DNA from: Candidatus Fokinia solitaria
Lineage (GTDB): Bacteria > Pseudomonadota > Alphaproteobacteria > Rickettsiales > Midichloriaceae
Direction of reading: 5' to 3'
Assembly: GCF_003072485.1 (NCBI RefSeq)
Contig: NZ_CP025989.1
Location: forward strand, 690,001 to 722,000
Length of the DNA stretch: 32,000 nt
Part shown: positions 9,776 to 18,754 of the stretch, in pieces
How positions within the stretch are numbered: position 1 is the stretch's first letter
Layout: each line of letters begins with the position of its first letter
Position numbers and translations under genes: made by a program
Notes under the pieces: model-generated
Told to the model about the DNA's origin: nothing
What the model saw: the letters and a program-made list of their open reading frames with translations, nothing else
The model's database searches: none

Positions 9776-10594
9776 ATGTTTAGGTGCGCGTCGTACTGTA
9801 TCGGCTCTGGATGCGATTTATTCGCATTCTCTGAAGTCTTCACCAGTATTGAAACGCCGGTGAGAGTTTGCAGTTCTGATGCAATTCATGTGACAAATTC
9901 GTCAAAAACTCAGAAGGAAATATTCGTTTTTTCCTACGGATGCGTGATATTCTGGAATTATTCCGAAGAAGAGGAGGCGCTTTTCTTGAAGAATCTGATC
10001 GAATACGTAGATGCGCCTCTTGAAAACTATCTCTCAGACTTATGCTACTACGTTGTACTAGAGGATGGTCCAACTAATATAGATATGGCAAGTGATGTAA
10101 TACAAATTTCTAAGAAGAATGACGACAATCCATATACTAAGTTGGCACTTTCTTATGGATTATCACAATCTGTTAAGCTGAGAGTATTCGAGATCTCAGT
10201 TTTCTCCTTGATAGAAGAGAACAAAAAAATCCCTCTTGAGTTGGTAAAAAGAGGATATATAAAGGTACCTAGAAGAGAACTTGCAAAAAAAATAGGAATG
10301 CTTTTTATGGAAAGAAGCGCAATAAATCTGAGTAATGATGTTTTAGATATTCCAGGATTTTTTTGGAAGAATCCGAAATATGAAAACGTCTATGATGCTT
10401 CTCGCAAATTCATGGATATTCAACAAAGGAGTGATAACTTAAACAGAAGACTCGCAATAATATATGAGTTATATGAGATATTGCGAGATGAGGTCAATCA
10501 CTCGCATTCTCTAAGATTAGAAATGATAATAATATTTCTGATATTTGTGGAAATGGTACTATCAATGGTCGAAATAATATCCAAATTCTTCTGA
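9776..10594 (+). CDS. RMD1/YagE (DUF155) family protein
   Basis: 272 aa. Characteristic LALSYGLSQSVKLRVFE segment, FFWKNP segment, and C-terminal helix followed by a TM anchor (MIIIFLIFVEMVLSMVEII). Confidence 0.8.
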   Translation: MFRCASYCIGSGCDLFAFSEVFTSIETPVRVCSSDAIHVTNSSKTQKEIFVFSYGCVIFWNYSEEEEALFLKNLIEYVDAPLENYLSDLCYYVVLEDGPTNIDMASDVIQISKKNDDNPYTKLALSYGLSQSVKLRVFEISVFSLIEENKKIPLELVKRGYIKVPRRELAKKIGMLFMERSAINLSNDVLDIPGFFWKNPKYENVYDASRKFMDIQQRSDNLNRRLAIIYELYEILRDEVNHSHSLRLEMIIIFLIFVEMVLSMVEIISKFF

Positions 10595-10751
10595 ATAATG
10601 AAGATCGTAGTAACGTATAATAATTAAGCAAAAAGAACATATATAGGGAAAAGTAGCAAATGAATAAAATGAAATTACATATTCATACTTTATTTTGGTA
10701 AATTTCTATGATACAAGAAGTTCGCATTTCTCAACTTTCTCAAACTTGGTA

Positions 10752-11492
10752 ATGAAGCGCTTTCGCCGCATAATAAGCGCTATCATCTGCTCATCCCTCG
10801 TATGTGGATGTGCATCTAATGTGAGGAATTACTCTAAAAAAGATCCTGCGCGACTTTACAGTACAGCAATGCAAAAAAAAGATAGTCACCCTAACACTGC
10901 ACTAGAGGATATAGCAGAGATAGAAACATACTATCCTACTTCTTCGGAAGCAGAAAAGGCATTGTTGCTGAAGATATATATCTTATATCAGGAAGGTCGT
11001 TTTGATGAATCTATAGAAGCAAAAGATGACTTTCAGATTCGCTATCCAACGAGTAAGTATATAGCTTACTCTTACTATATGAGTGGTATAAATTACTACA
11101 CTCAAATTGTAGATATAGGAAGAGAGCAGTACATTACATATAAAGCAAAAGAAGCACTAGAGTTCGTCGCGCAAAATTTTCCGGATACAGATTATGGACG
11201 TGATGCCGCAAGAAAAGCTCGTTATTGTGCACATATACTAGCAGCAAAGGAAATGGATATAGGACGCTTCTATGAGAAAAAGGGCGATTATCTTGCAGCT
11301 TCTAACAGATATAAAAAAATCTTGGAAGGGCAATACGATAGTGCATTAACACAAGAAGCAACATATAGAATGGCTGTATCGTGGTATGGCATGGGGATGA
11401 AGCATATTGCAAATCTTTATTATTTATCCGCTAAGAAAGATTACCCTGATTCAATATGGACGAAAAGGATACACCAAGTGCTATTCCGGTAA
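10752..11492 (+). CDS. bamD: Outer membrane assembly lipoprotein BamD
   Basis: Lipoprotein-like N-terminus (IICSSLVCGCAS) then TPR-like repeats: LYSTAMQKKDSHPNTALEDIAEIETYYPTSSEAEKALL, FQIRYPTSKYIAYSYYMSGINYY. The ORF opens at 10695 but the Met at 10752 fits a signal peptide better. Confidence 0.85.
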   Translation: MKRFRRIISAIICSSLVCGCASNVRNYSKKDPARLYSTAMQKKDSHPNTALEDIAEIETYYPTSSEAEKALLLKIYILYQEGRFDESIEAKDDFQIRYPTSKYIAYSYYMSGINYYTQIVDIGREQYITYKAKEALEFVAQNFPDTDYGRDAARKARYCAHILAAKEMDIGRFYEKKGDYLAASNRYKKILEGQYDSALTQEATYRMAVSWYGMGMKHIANLYYLSAKKDYPDSIWTKRIHQVLFR

Positions 11493-11494
11493 CG

Positions 11495-12202
11495 TTATAT
11501 AGATAAGTATACGCGCATCACAATAGACGCTAGCATCATACTGTCAAATCTATCTAGCACACCACCATGCCCTGGTATTATACTGCCGCTATCTTTTACC
11601 ATGAAATGTCTTTTAAAAACTGATTCTAAGAGGTCTCCGCAATGAGACGTAACACTCAGAAGCAATATGAATACTACATGCTCTAAATGCGATACAGTAC
11701 AGCTATAAACACCATACCTTTGCATCATCTCAATAATCGGATACACAATTATGACTGTCATTATAATACTAAGAAACAGCCCTTCATAAGTTTTACTAGG
11801 GCTAATATAAGAAGGTAGACATCTCTTGCCAAATAACTTTCCGCTAATATAAGCACAGGTATCTGTACTCCATACAATCATAAATAGTAATGTTACAATC
11901 CATTTTCCATTTTCTACCTCTCTTATATACAGCATACTGTCAATAAAGCATAAAACACATGCAATGCTCAAAAGCATCCATTCTAGTATCTTCAATCTTC
12001 TATGCGCACCGCTTGATATTTTTCCGTAATAAGACACTATCATTTTTCGCAACTCCACTATCATCAGTAGTCCTATAGCTGCTAAATACAACAGAAATAA
12101 ATATCCTCCAAAAAAATTGAAACATAATGACGCAGCTACTATGAAGCAACCGGAAAAACAGCGTGCTATAAAATTATTTCTCAAAAACCCTATATGATTC
12201 AT
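11495..12202 (-). CDS. cdsA: Phosphatidate cytidylyltransferase
   Basis: 235 aa polytopic protein with the CDP-alcohol signature-like region SVTSHCGDLLESVFKRHFMVKDSGSIIPGHGGVLDRFDSMM. Confidence 0.95.
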   Translation of the reverse strand: MNHIGFLRNNFIARCFSGCFIVAASLCFNFFGGYLFLLYLAAIGLLMIVELRKMIVSYYGKISSGAHRRLKILEWMLLSIACVLCFIDSMLYIREVENGKWIVTLLFMIVWSTDTCAYISGKLFGKRCLPSYISPSKTYEGLFLSIIMTVIIVYPIIEMMQRYGVYSCTVSHLEHVVFILLLSVTSHCGDLLESVFKRHFMVKDSGSIIPGHGGVLDRFDSMMLASIVMRVYLSI

Positions 12203-12672
12203 TTTTTTCTTAAAGTATTAAAAAAATTCTTCAGTAATATACTGCTTTCCTCAGCAAACAGCCCTGAATATATCAAAGGCTTATGATTTGTGCTGGCATC
12301 ATCAAAAATACGTACTCCATTTTTTATCGCTCCGCCTTTTGCATCATCAGCAGCATAGTAGATACTTCTTACTCTACTCAATGACAACGCCTTCGCACAC
12401 ATCGCGCATGGCTCTAATGTAACATAAATAGCGTGATGATCAAGAAAGCCCATATTAATAGAATCTGACGCTTTCGATATTGCAATCATCTCCGCATGTG
12501 CATTTCTATTACACTTTTGTATTGTGAGGTTATGAGTAGCCGCAACAATAGTATCGTTCTTTATATTAACAATTACCGCTCCTACAGGTACTTCTTTTAC
12601 ATCTGCGCCTTTTTGCGCTATATCCAATGCTATTTGCATATAAAAGCGATCTTTAGCGCTGTAATCACTCAT
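12199..12672 (-). CDS. tadA: tRNA-specific adenosine deaminase (TadA family)
   Basis: 157 aa. Zinc deaminase motifs HAEM and PCAMC, with VPVGAVIVN upstream. Overlaps cdsA by 4 nt. Confidence 0.92.
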   Translation of the reverse strand: MSDYSAKDRFYMQIALDIAQKGADVKEVPVGAVIVNIKNDTIVAATHNLTIQKCNRNAHAEMIAISKASDSINMGFLDHHAIYVTLEPCAMCAKALSLSRVRSIYYAADDAKGGAIKNGVRIFDDASTNHKPLIYSGLFAEESSILLKNFFNTLRKK

Positions 12673-15272
12673 AAGAAATACAAATAATTCTTTGCTCTAG
12701 TGACAGCGACATATAAAAGCTTATCAAGGTCCATTTGCTCGCACTGATTCTGAGTAGTCACACTCTTATAAAAACTCTCTCTTAGAGTTGGCAATTTCAA
12801 CACAATCTCTTGGCTATCATTAATAACAATTCTCTTTCTATTTCTGCTGCGAAATGGATAGTCTGCTATTATGACGTGAGATGCTTCCATCCCTTTTGCA
12901 CTATGCACGGTACTAAATACAATACCAGTATCTTTTTCTAAACGATCGTTTTTCTTTAATTTTTTGAATAAAACTTCAGAAAATTCATTCCATCGTAGAC
13001 ATAATTCAGCTATCGAAGTACACATCACATCAGATTCGAGATTCTCAAGTAACTTTTCTACGACAAAAATAGTAGAATCATTCATTAGAGATAGAAAACG
13101 ACGTAATAGTATTAGAAGAAATCTAAACTCACTCCATTTACCTAGCTCACAACACTCTTGCAAAAAAATCACAAACTTTTCATTACCTCTTTTACTTTGC
13201 AATACCTCCCATAACGAAGAAGAATGTTCGCGCTCGCTATCTATATCGTTTTGAATATCTTGTATATCTGTCACGCATGATAAAGCGTAAAGGAGATTAC
13301 TGTTATCATATGGATTGTAAATAAATTCCAACAAATATCTTATCTGAGTTAAAACTTTTTCATATTCGCTACTCGCACTGTGATGCGCTGTAAATCCAGC
13401 ATCAATTGCTGCTCGTACCATTTTTTCATACCCTGTTTTTGCCGTACGAAATAATACCAACACATCAGATAGTTCAGAAATTTTCGCGTTAGATAACTCG
13501 GCAATTCGACATAACACTTCTATCAATCTTTCTTCGCTACACTCGCTACTGCTTTGTATTACCTCTATATCGCTTCCTTCATCAGCTGGAATATTCAAAT
13601 ATATTTCTTTATATGCTGTAGTATCTTGGAAAAAATACACTGCACCATCCGAATCGTAAGATGCAATCATTGCTGTATATTGAGGAAAGCGACTGAATAA
13701 GCAATTCGCAAAATTCACAATACTTTTATTTGATCTGCAGTTATCGGATAGTTTATTGCGAATAAAATCCTTTCCTTGAGAGCGAAAATGATTACGAAAT
13801 TTCTGAAACTCTGCATCAAAAGAAGGAATTTCTTCGTTATGAAAGTTAAATATCGCTTGATTTGGATCTCCAACAATAAAAATGCTTTTACCTGTATCAT
13901 CAAACGCAAACTCATCCATAATAGAATGCAAAGCCTGCCACTGCAATGAGTCTAAATCTTGCGCTTCATCGATAAGTATATGACTTATCTTTTGATATAA
14001 CTGATACTTATTCGCCTCTTCTTTCAACATGAAGCACGCAGATGTCATGATATCATTATAGCTACGTACACATTCTGTATCTTTGAAATTAGAATACCCT
14101 ATATGAGACACTACAGAAAAAAGCGCGATACCGTAAAATGTTCTGATATATCTCAGTTTATCTATAGCAATACTTAATTTTTCGATTTTTTCTCTTTCAT
14201 TCTTAAAAATTCGTGCTGATAACTCACATGAAGAAAATTTGCATTTTTTTCTCATCTCTTTCTTCTCAGTAAGAAAGCATTCTATGTAATCATTGAAACG
14301 TGTTTTCTTACTCTCCGCACTCAGTTGCGTCCATTCTATAAACTTTTTGTACTCTACATTTGATTTCAAAGAATCAACCATTACAAACGGTGTAGACAGA
14401 TATTCCTCTTCTTCAAATGAAGCGATATAAATCTTCAAATGTTCATCTATCAATTTCGTACAACTCTCTGCTAAGCAAAAATTGTCCACAAGAAGATTTA
14501 TAGGATTCTCTCTATTGTACTCTTCTATTAAGCGAGTAATGCAAGTTTTGTCATCATCAATAGTGACTTGTTTCACGACATCAAGCAACTCTTCATACTT
14601 AATATTTTGTAACATTGATTCTATATCGCTAAAAATCGTCAGTACTGCTATCCGCTCTTTCAGCAGCATGTAATTGCTGCGCTTCTTGCTAAACCACATT
14701 TTTGTGAATTCATACACGAAATCACCACAACTATCTAAAAGACTAAAATTTAATTCCAACGATAGTATTCGTAATGCATTACATAATGATTCGATTACGA
14801 TATTACCAGTATGAGTACGCAATAAATTTCTTACGATAGTAACAAAAACTTTTTGAAAAATTGCTTTATCATCTTCCTCGGAAATAATTTTAGCATGTAT
14901 ATGTGATATAGCACTGAAATAACCGTGAATAGTTTTGATCAGTACAATCTCATCCAACTTTGCATACAATTCGCTAAACATTTGGATATTCGTCTCAGAA
15001 AGCCATGCTTCTCCAATATAACTAACATACCTAGCGTCCAATTTTTTCCCTAAAGCCAAATCGTTTATCACTTTTGCTAATCTGTGAGATATCTCATCAA
15101 CTGCAGTATTTGTGTGAGTAATACACACGATTTTGCAATAATTATGAGAGGAAAGAACTTTTGACACTGAAACACGCGACAGAAGTTGCAAAATATATCC
15201 TATTAATCTAGTTGTCTTGCCGCTGCCTGCAGATGCAGAGATAAAGCGAAAAGATGAAATATTCTGATCCAT
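12669..15272 (-). CDS. UvrD/AddA-type superfamily 1 DNA helicase lacking a C-terminal nuclease domain
   Basis: 867 aa. ASAGSGKTTRL (Walker A), HILIDEAQDLDSLQW (motif II), IVGDPNQAIF, VFSTVHSAKGMEASHVI, LLYVAVTRAKNYLYFL (motif VI) at the extreme C-terminus. Confidence 0.85.
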   Translation of the reverse strand: MDQNISSFRFISASAGSGKTTRLIGYILQLLSRVSVSKVLSSHNYCKIVCITHTNTAVDEISHRLAKVINDLALGKKLDARYVSYIGEAWLSETNIQMFSELYAKLDEIVLIKTIHGYFSAISHIHAKIISEEDDKAIFQKVFVTIVRNLLRTHTGNIVIESLCNALRILSLELNFSLLDSCGDFVYEFTKMWFSKKRSNYMLLKERIAVLTIFSDIESMLQNIKYEELLDVVKQVTIDDDKTCITRLIEEYNRENPINLLVDNFCLAESCTKLIDEHLKIYIASFEEEEYLSTPFVMVDSLKSNVEYKKFIEWTQLSAESKKTRFNDYIECFLTEKKEMRKKCKFSSCELSARIFKNEREKIEKLSIAIDKLRYIRTFYGIALFSVVSHIGYSNFKDTECVRSYNDIMTSACFMLKEEANKYQLYQKISHILIDEAQDLDSLQWQALHSIMDEFAFDDTGKSIFIVGDPNQAIFNFHNEEIPSFDAEFQKFRNHFRSQGKDFIRNKLSDNCRSNKSIVNFANCLFSRFPQYTAMIASYDSDGAVYFFQDTTAYKEIYLNIPADEGSDIEVIQSSSECSEERLIEVLCRIAELSNAKISELSDVLVLFRTAKTGYEKMVRAAIDAGFTAHHSASSEYEKVLTQIRYLLEFIYNPYDNSNLLYALSCVTDIQDIQNDIDSEREHSSSLWEVLQSKRGNEKFVIFLQECCELGKWSEFRFLLILLRRFLSLMNDSTIFVVEKLLENLESDVMCTSIAELCLRWNEFSEVLFKKLKKNDRLEKDTGIVFSTVHSAKGMEASHVIIADYPFRSRNRKRIVINDSQEIVLKLPTLRESFYKSVTTQNQCEQMDLDKLLYVAVTRAKNYLYFL

Positions 15273-15292
15273 AAAAAAGCGTTGTAATTACT

Positions 15293-15931
15293 TTAAAATA
15301 ATTTTCCTTCAATTTTCTTACAAAGCAGTTCTATAAGTAGTACTAAAGCGTAGTAATATAAACCTGCAGTTATTAGAGGCCAGAAGTATGAAAATTCCTC
15401 TGCTCCTACAATTTGCGCTCTTCTCATTATCTCCATTCCTCCAAGAGTAGCTACTAATGCTGTTTCTTTAAGTAAAGTGATAATCTCATTCGTAAATGCA
15501 GGAAATGTATTTCTGAAAACTTGCGGTAATATTATATCTTTCCACATTGGCAACACTGGAATTTGTAAAGCAATTGACGCTTCAAATTGCCCACTTGGAA
15601 TACTTTTGATACCAGCTCTCACTATTTCCGCTATATATGCTGCGCTATTAATACCAAGAGTGATAAAGCCTGCACTCTCTGCTTCCATGGAAAGACCGGT
15701 AACTTGCGGCACAACAAAATACATAAAACTTAACTGCAATATCATCGGCGATCCACGTACAAACGATACAAAAGCACCTATACTACGAGAAAGAATCCCG
15801 TTAAATCTGAGAATTGCAAGTAATGTGCCTAAAAATAAGCCTATTGTAAAGCTCACAAACAATAGCTTTAAAGTTAATAAAGCGCCTGTTCCTATAAATA
15901 ATATTTTAGGCAAAAATTCATCACTCATCAC
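15293..15931 (-). CDS. Polar amino-acid ABC transporter permease (GlnP/HisM family)
   Basis: 212 aa. FVRGSPMILQLSFMYF, AYIAEIVRAGIKSIPSGQFEASIALQIP (EAA-like loop), LPQVFRNTFPAFTNEIITLLKETALVATLG. Confidence 0.93.
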   Translation of the reverse strand: MMSDEFLPKILFIGTGALLTLKLLFVSFTIGLFLGTLLAILRFNGILSRSIGAFVSFVRGSPMILQLSFMYFVVPQVTGLSMEAESAGFITLGINSAAYIAEIVRAGIKSIPSGQFEASIALQIPVLPMWKDIILPQVFRNTFPAFTNEIITLLKETALVATLGGMEIMRRAQIVGAEEFSYFWPLITAGLYYYALVLLIELLCKKIEGKLF

Positions 15932-16091
15932 ACTGATATAATAAGAGAACTAATATCGTAAAGTAGCATAAAAAACTAAAATGAACTGGTATTTTCCTTG
16001 TATTTATTTGATTTTCGTATGGAAATTAAATAAAATCCCGTGTAGCAGGACGATTACGTTCGCTATTGTATATAACTCTTTACGTATTATT

Positions 16092-16313
16092 GTGGCAATA
16101 AAAATCTTAGTTAGAAGAACGGATGATAAAACTTGCGATGTGAGTAGCGCACTTGCTGAGTTGTCACGCCGTATGTATAAGGAAAGGATATTAGAAACAG
16201 TGAAGATGAAGAGATTCAGAGAAAAGCCGTCTCAAGCAAAGAGAAGAGCAATGTTAGATGCTGCAAGAATGGTAAAAAGAGTAGCAAGGTTAAGAATGGC
16301 ACAGAAGAAATAA
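16092..16313 (+). CDS. rpsU: 30S ribosomal protein bS21 (probable GTG start)
   Basis: VAIKILVRRTDDKTCDVSSALAELSRRMYKERILETVKMKRFREKPSQAKRRAMLDAARMVKR matches bS21. The upstream part of ORF 15981 is not S21-like. The start codon is inferred. Confidence 0.85.
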   Translation: MAIKILVRRTDDKTCDVSSALAELSRRMYKERILETVKMKRFREKPSQAKRRAMLDAARMVKRVARLRMAQKK

Positions 16314-16354
16314 GATTCATACGGATTTTATATTTTCCGATATTTGTCGGCAAT

Positions 16355-16426
16355 GGCTGGATAGCAAAGTGGTAATGCAGCGGATTGCAAATCCGCTATA
16401 CGTCAGTTCGATTCTGACTCCGGCCT
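16355..16426 (+). tRNA. tRNA-Cys (anticodon GCA)
   Basis: GGCTGGA...TCCGGCC acceptor pairing with discriminator T; anticodon arm GCGGA-TTGCAAA-TCCGC; T arm GTCAG-TTCGATT-CTGAC. No encoded CCA. Confidence 0.96.
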
Positions 16427-16441
16427 CTTTTAGAAAGTTTA

Positions 16442-17173
16442 ATGATACGATTCTTACTTTTCGTTATTTTTTCCAGTTTTCTTGTCACTGCTTTACGTTC
16501 TTTTTCGAATGCAGCGGAAGTAGATATGGATATCAAGCATAACTACTGTAGTTCCGGTGATTATGTCACTGCAAGTTACAATCTATTGAATATTCCATTT
16601 GCAATTATAGACGAAAAACAGATTTCTCTTGCGCATTTATACCGAAAAAAAGTAGTAGTCGCTTTTTGGACACAGTGGGATATAGAAGCATTCACTCTTT
16701 TAAAATCGATACATGTAATGGAGAGATACGCTATTATCAAAGATAGTAACGAACTCTTTCTCATGGCAATAGCAATAGACACGCCATCTATAGATGTGAT
16801 TAATGAGATATTCGAAAGAAATGGTATTACTCTACAAAATTCCTTTATTGACGCTTCTTTAGTGTTCTCAAATGCAATACCGGCAATAATGAATCGCACT
16901 AACGTTATGTTATTCACAGAGGGTAAATATTGTATCTTAACGGAAAAAGAAAGAGCAGTACTTTCACATCAAGAACCGGAGGAGAATGAATTGATGATGA
17001 TGAAGTATTTTTCTGATCTGATAAAAGCTACTGATAATAATACGAATAAAAACGATTTCGTTTTCCACGTGAATAATCAGAAGGAAAATCAAGCAACACA
17101 GTATAATGATAAAAATACTAATATCGTGATATATTCTTCACATTCTGAAGCAGCGCCAAAATTAATACAGTAA
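16442..17173 (+). CDS. Secreted thioredoxin-fold (TlpA/redoxin-like) protein without CXXC
   Basis: Signal peptide ending SNAAEV, then a redoxin-like core: LLNIPFAIIDEKQISLAHLYRKKVVVAFWTQWDIEAFTLLKSI. The WxxWCxxC position reads WTQWDIEA. Fold assignment is by eye. Confidence 0.55.
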   Translation: MIRFLLFVIFSSFLVTALRSFSNAAEVDMDIKHNYCSSGDYVTASYNLLNIPFAIIDEKQISLAHLYRKKVVVAFWTQWDIEAFTLLKSIHVMERYAIIKDSNELFLMAIAIDTPSIDVINEIFERNGITLQNSFIDASLVFSNAIPAIMNRTNVMLFTEGKYCILTEKERAVLSHQEPEENELMMMKYFSDLIKATDNNTNKNDFVFHVNNQKENQATQYNDKNTNIVIYSSHSEAAPKLIQ

Positions 17174-17176
17174 TAA

Positions 17177-18454
17177 CTATAATAATTCTCCAAATAACTT
17201 TAATTCGTCTTTATTTTGCGTAATTTCAACAATTTTCACTGGTAATAGCGCATTCTCTTGCACCTGCGTATTTACATATACCTTACTATTGTTTTCTGTT
17301 TTACCTTCATTACCTTTCTCAAAGAGGACGGTAACAACTTTTCCTATACATGTGCTATAGTATTCCCGTAATATACTATGACCTATCTCACGTAATTTAT
17401 ACGCTCTTTCTCTACGTATATGATGTGCAATCTGTGGCATTTTAGCTGCAGGAGTGCCATCTCTCTGAGAATATGGAAACACATGTAAATGCGAAATGGC
17501 ATTTTCCTCTACCAGCTTGCAAGTATTATTAAAATGCTCCTCCGTTTCAGTAGGAAATCCTGTAATAATGTCGGCGCCAAATACTGCATCTTTTCTATAT
17601 TCTCTTACTATTTTACAAAAATTCGTAACATCCTCGGGAGAATGACGACGCTTCATCCTTTTTAAAATCATCGCATCTCCGGATTGCATACTAATATGAA
17701 AGAAAGGCATCAATCTTTCCTCTTCGGCAATAACTTGTAACAATTCTTTATTTACCTCTGATACATCTATAGATGATAATCTCAGACGTATAATATTCGG
17801 CACACATGATAAAAGTCTTTTTACAGCTTCTCCTAATGTTATCTTTATCGGTAAATCTTGGCCATAATCTGTAATATCAACTCCAGTCAGCACCACTTCC
17901 TTATATCCGTAATCAATCAAATTTCTAACACGCTTCACTAAACTACCTAACGGTACACTTCTATTATTACCTCTACCAAATGGGATAGTGCAGAAAGTGC
18001 ATCTATGATTGCATCCATTTTGTATTTCTACAAATGCTCTTGTCTTACTACCTTCAGCTATTACGTATTCATCTTCATACGTATGCTGTACTGACATGAT
18101 ATCACCAACTGCGACACTACCATATTCATTACTCAACATCTTTTCTTGTATATCGAAATATGTCGTTTCTTGCATTTTCTCTTTATTTCCTATAACAAAA
18201 TCTACTCCATCGAAATTCTTGTAAAAATCTGGAGATATCTGCGCAGCACATCCAGTTAAGATGATAGATAAATGAGGATTCTTTTTCTTGAGACCTTTTA
18301 TTGTTTTTCTCAATTTTTTTTCCGCTTCATTCGTAACAGCGCAGCTATTAATGATAACAGCATTTGTCAACGACGCTGTTTGCGCATTTCTCTTGATAAT
18401 ATCACTCTCATATGAATTTAGCCGACAACCAAACGTAATAACATGCACACTCAT
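17177..18454 (-). CDS. mtaB: tRNA t6A37 methylthiotransferase, MtaB-like radical SAM enzyme
   Basis: 425 aa. TFGCRLNSYES N-terminus, radical SAM NGCNHRCTFCTIPFGRGNNRS, VVLTGVDITDYG, PFFHISMQSG, FPTETEEHF. Confidence 0.92.
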   Translation of the reverse strand: MSVHVITFGCRLNSYESDIIKRNAQTASLTNAVIINSCAVTNEAEKKLRKTIKGLKKKNPHLSIILTGCAAQISPDFYKNFDGVDFVIGNKEKMQETTYFDIQEKMLSNEYGSVAVGDIMSVQHTYEDEYVIAEGSKTRAFVEIQNGCNHRCTFCTIPFGRGNNRSVPLGSLVKRVRNLIDYGYKEVVLTGVDITDYGQDLPIKITLGEAVKRLLSCVPNIIRLRLSSIDVSEVNKELLQVIAEEERLMPFFHISMQSGDAMILKRMKRRHSPEDVTNFCKIVREYRKDAVFGADIITGFPTETEEHFNNTCKLVEENAISHLHVFPYSQRDGTPAAKMPQIAHHIRRERAYKLREIGHSILREYYSTCIGKVVTVLFEKGNEGKTENNSKVYVNTQVQENALLPVKIVEITQNKDELKLFGELL

Positions 18455-18754
18455 ATTTCATATGATAAAATAACTAAAAGAACTTTCACTTCCTTACTAT
18501 ACAGTGATATCACTCGCATATTCTTTTTGATATCAGAGCGAAAATGCAAATTGTAATCAAACTATTACTCCAATATACTATACTATTCGCCTCGAACAAA
18601 TAATTATCTAACTGTAAAAGAATGCAGAAATAACACTTAGCATTACTAGTACTATACTATTCTGACGTTATCGATTCACTGTCTGAAAATACAGTAAATG
18701 CTAGTACGCTTATTTGCATTAAATCATCACTCCTTTACTGCTATTTCACGAAAG

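Noticed and set aside
15477-15941. 154 aa plus-strand ORF opposite the ABC permease
   Set aside because: It is antisense to a confidently identified GlnP-like gene, with no recognisable protein similarity.
15981-16091. N-terminal 37 aa of the ORF containing rpsU
   Set aside because: bS21 homology begins at the GTG at 16092. The upstream hydrophobic residues do not belong to a ribosomal protein and are probably the 5' UTR.
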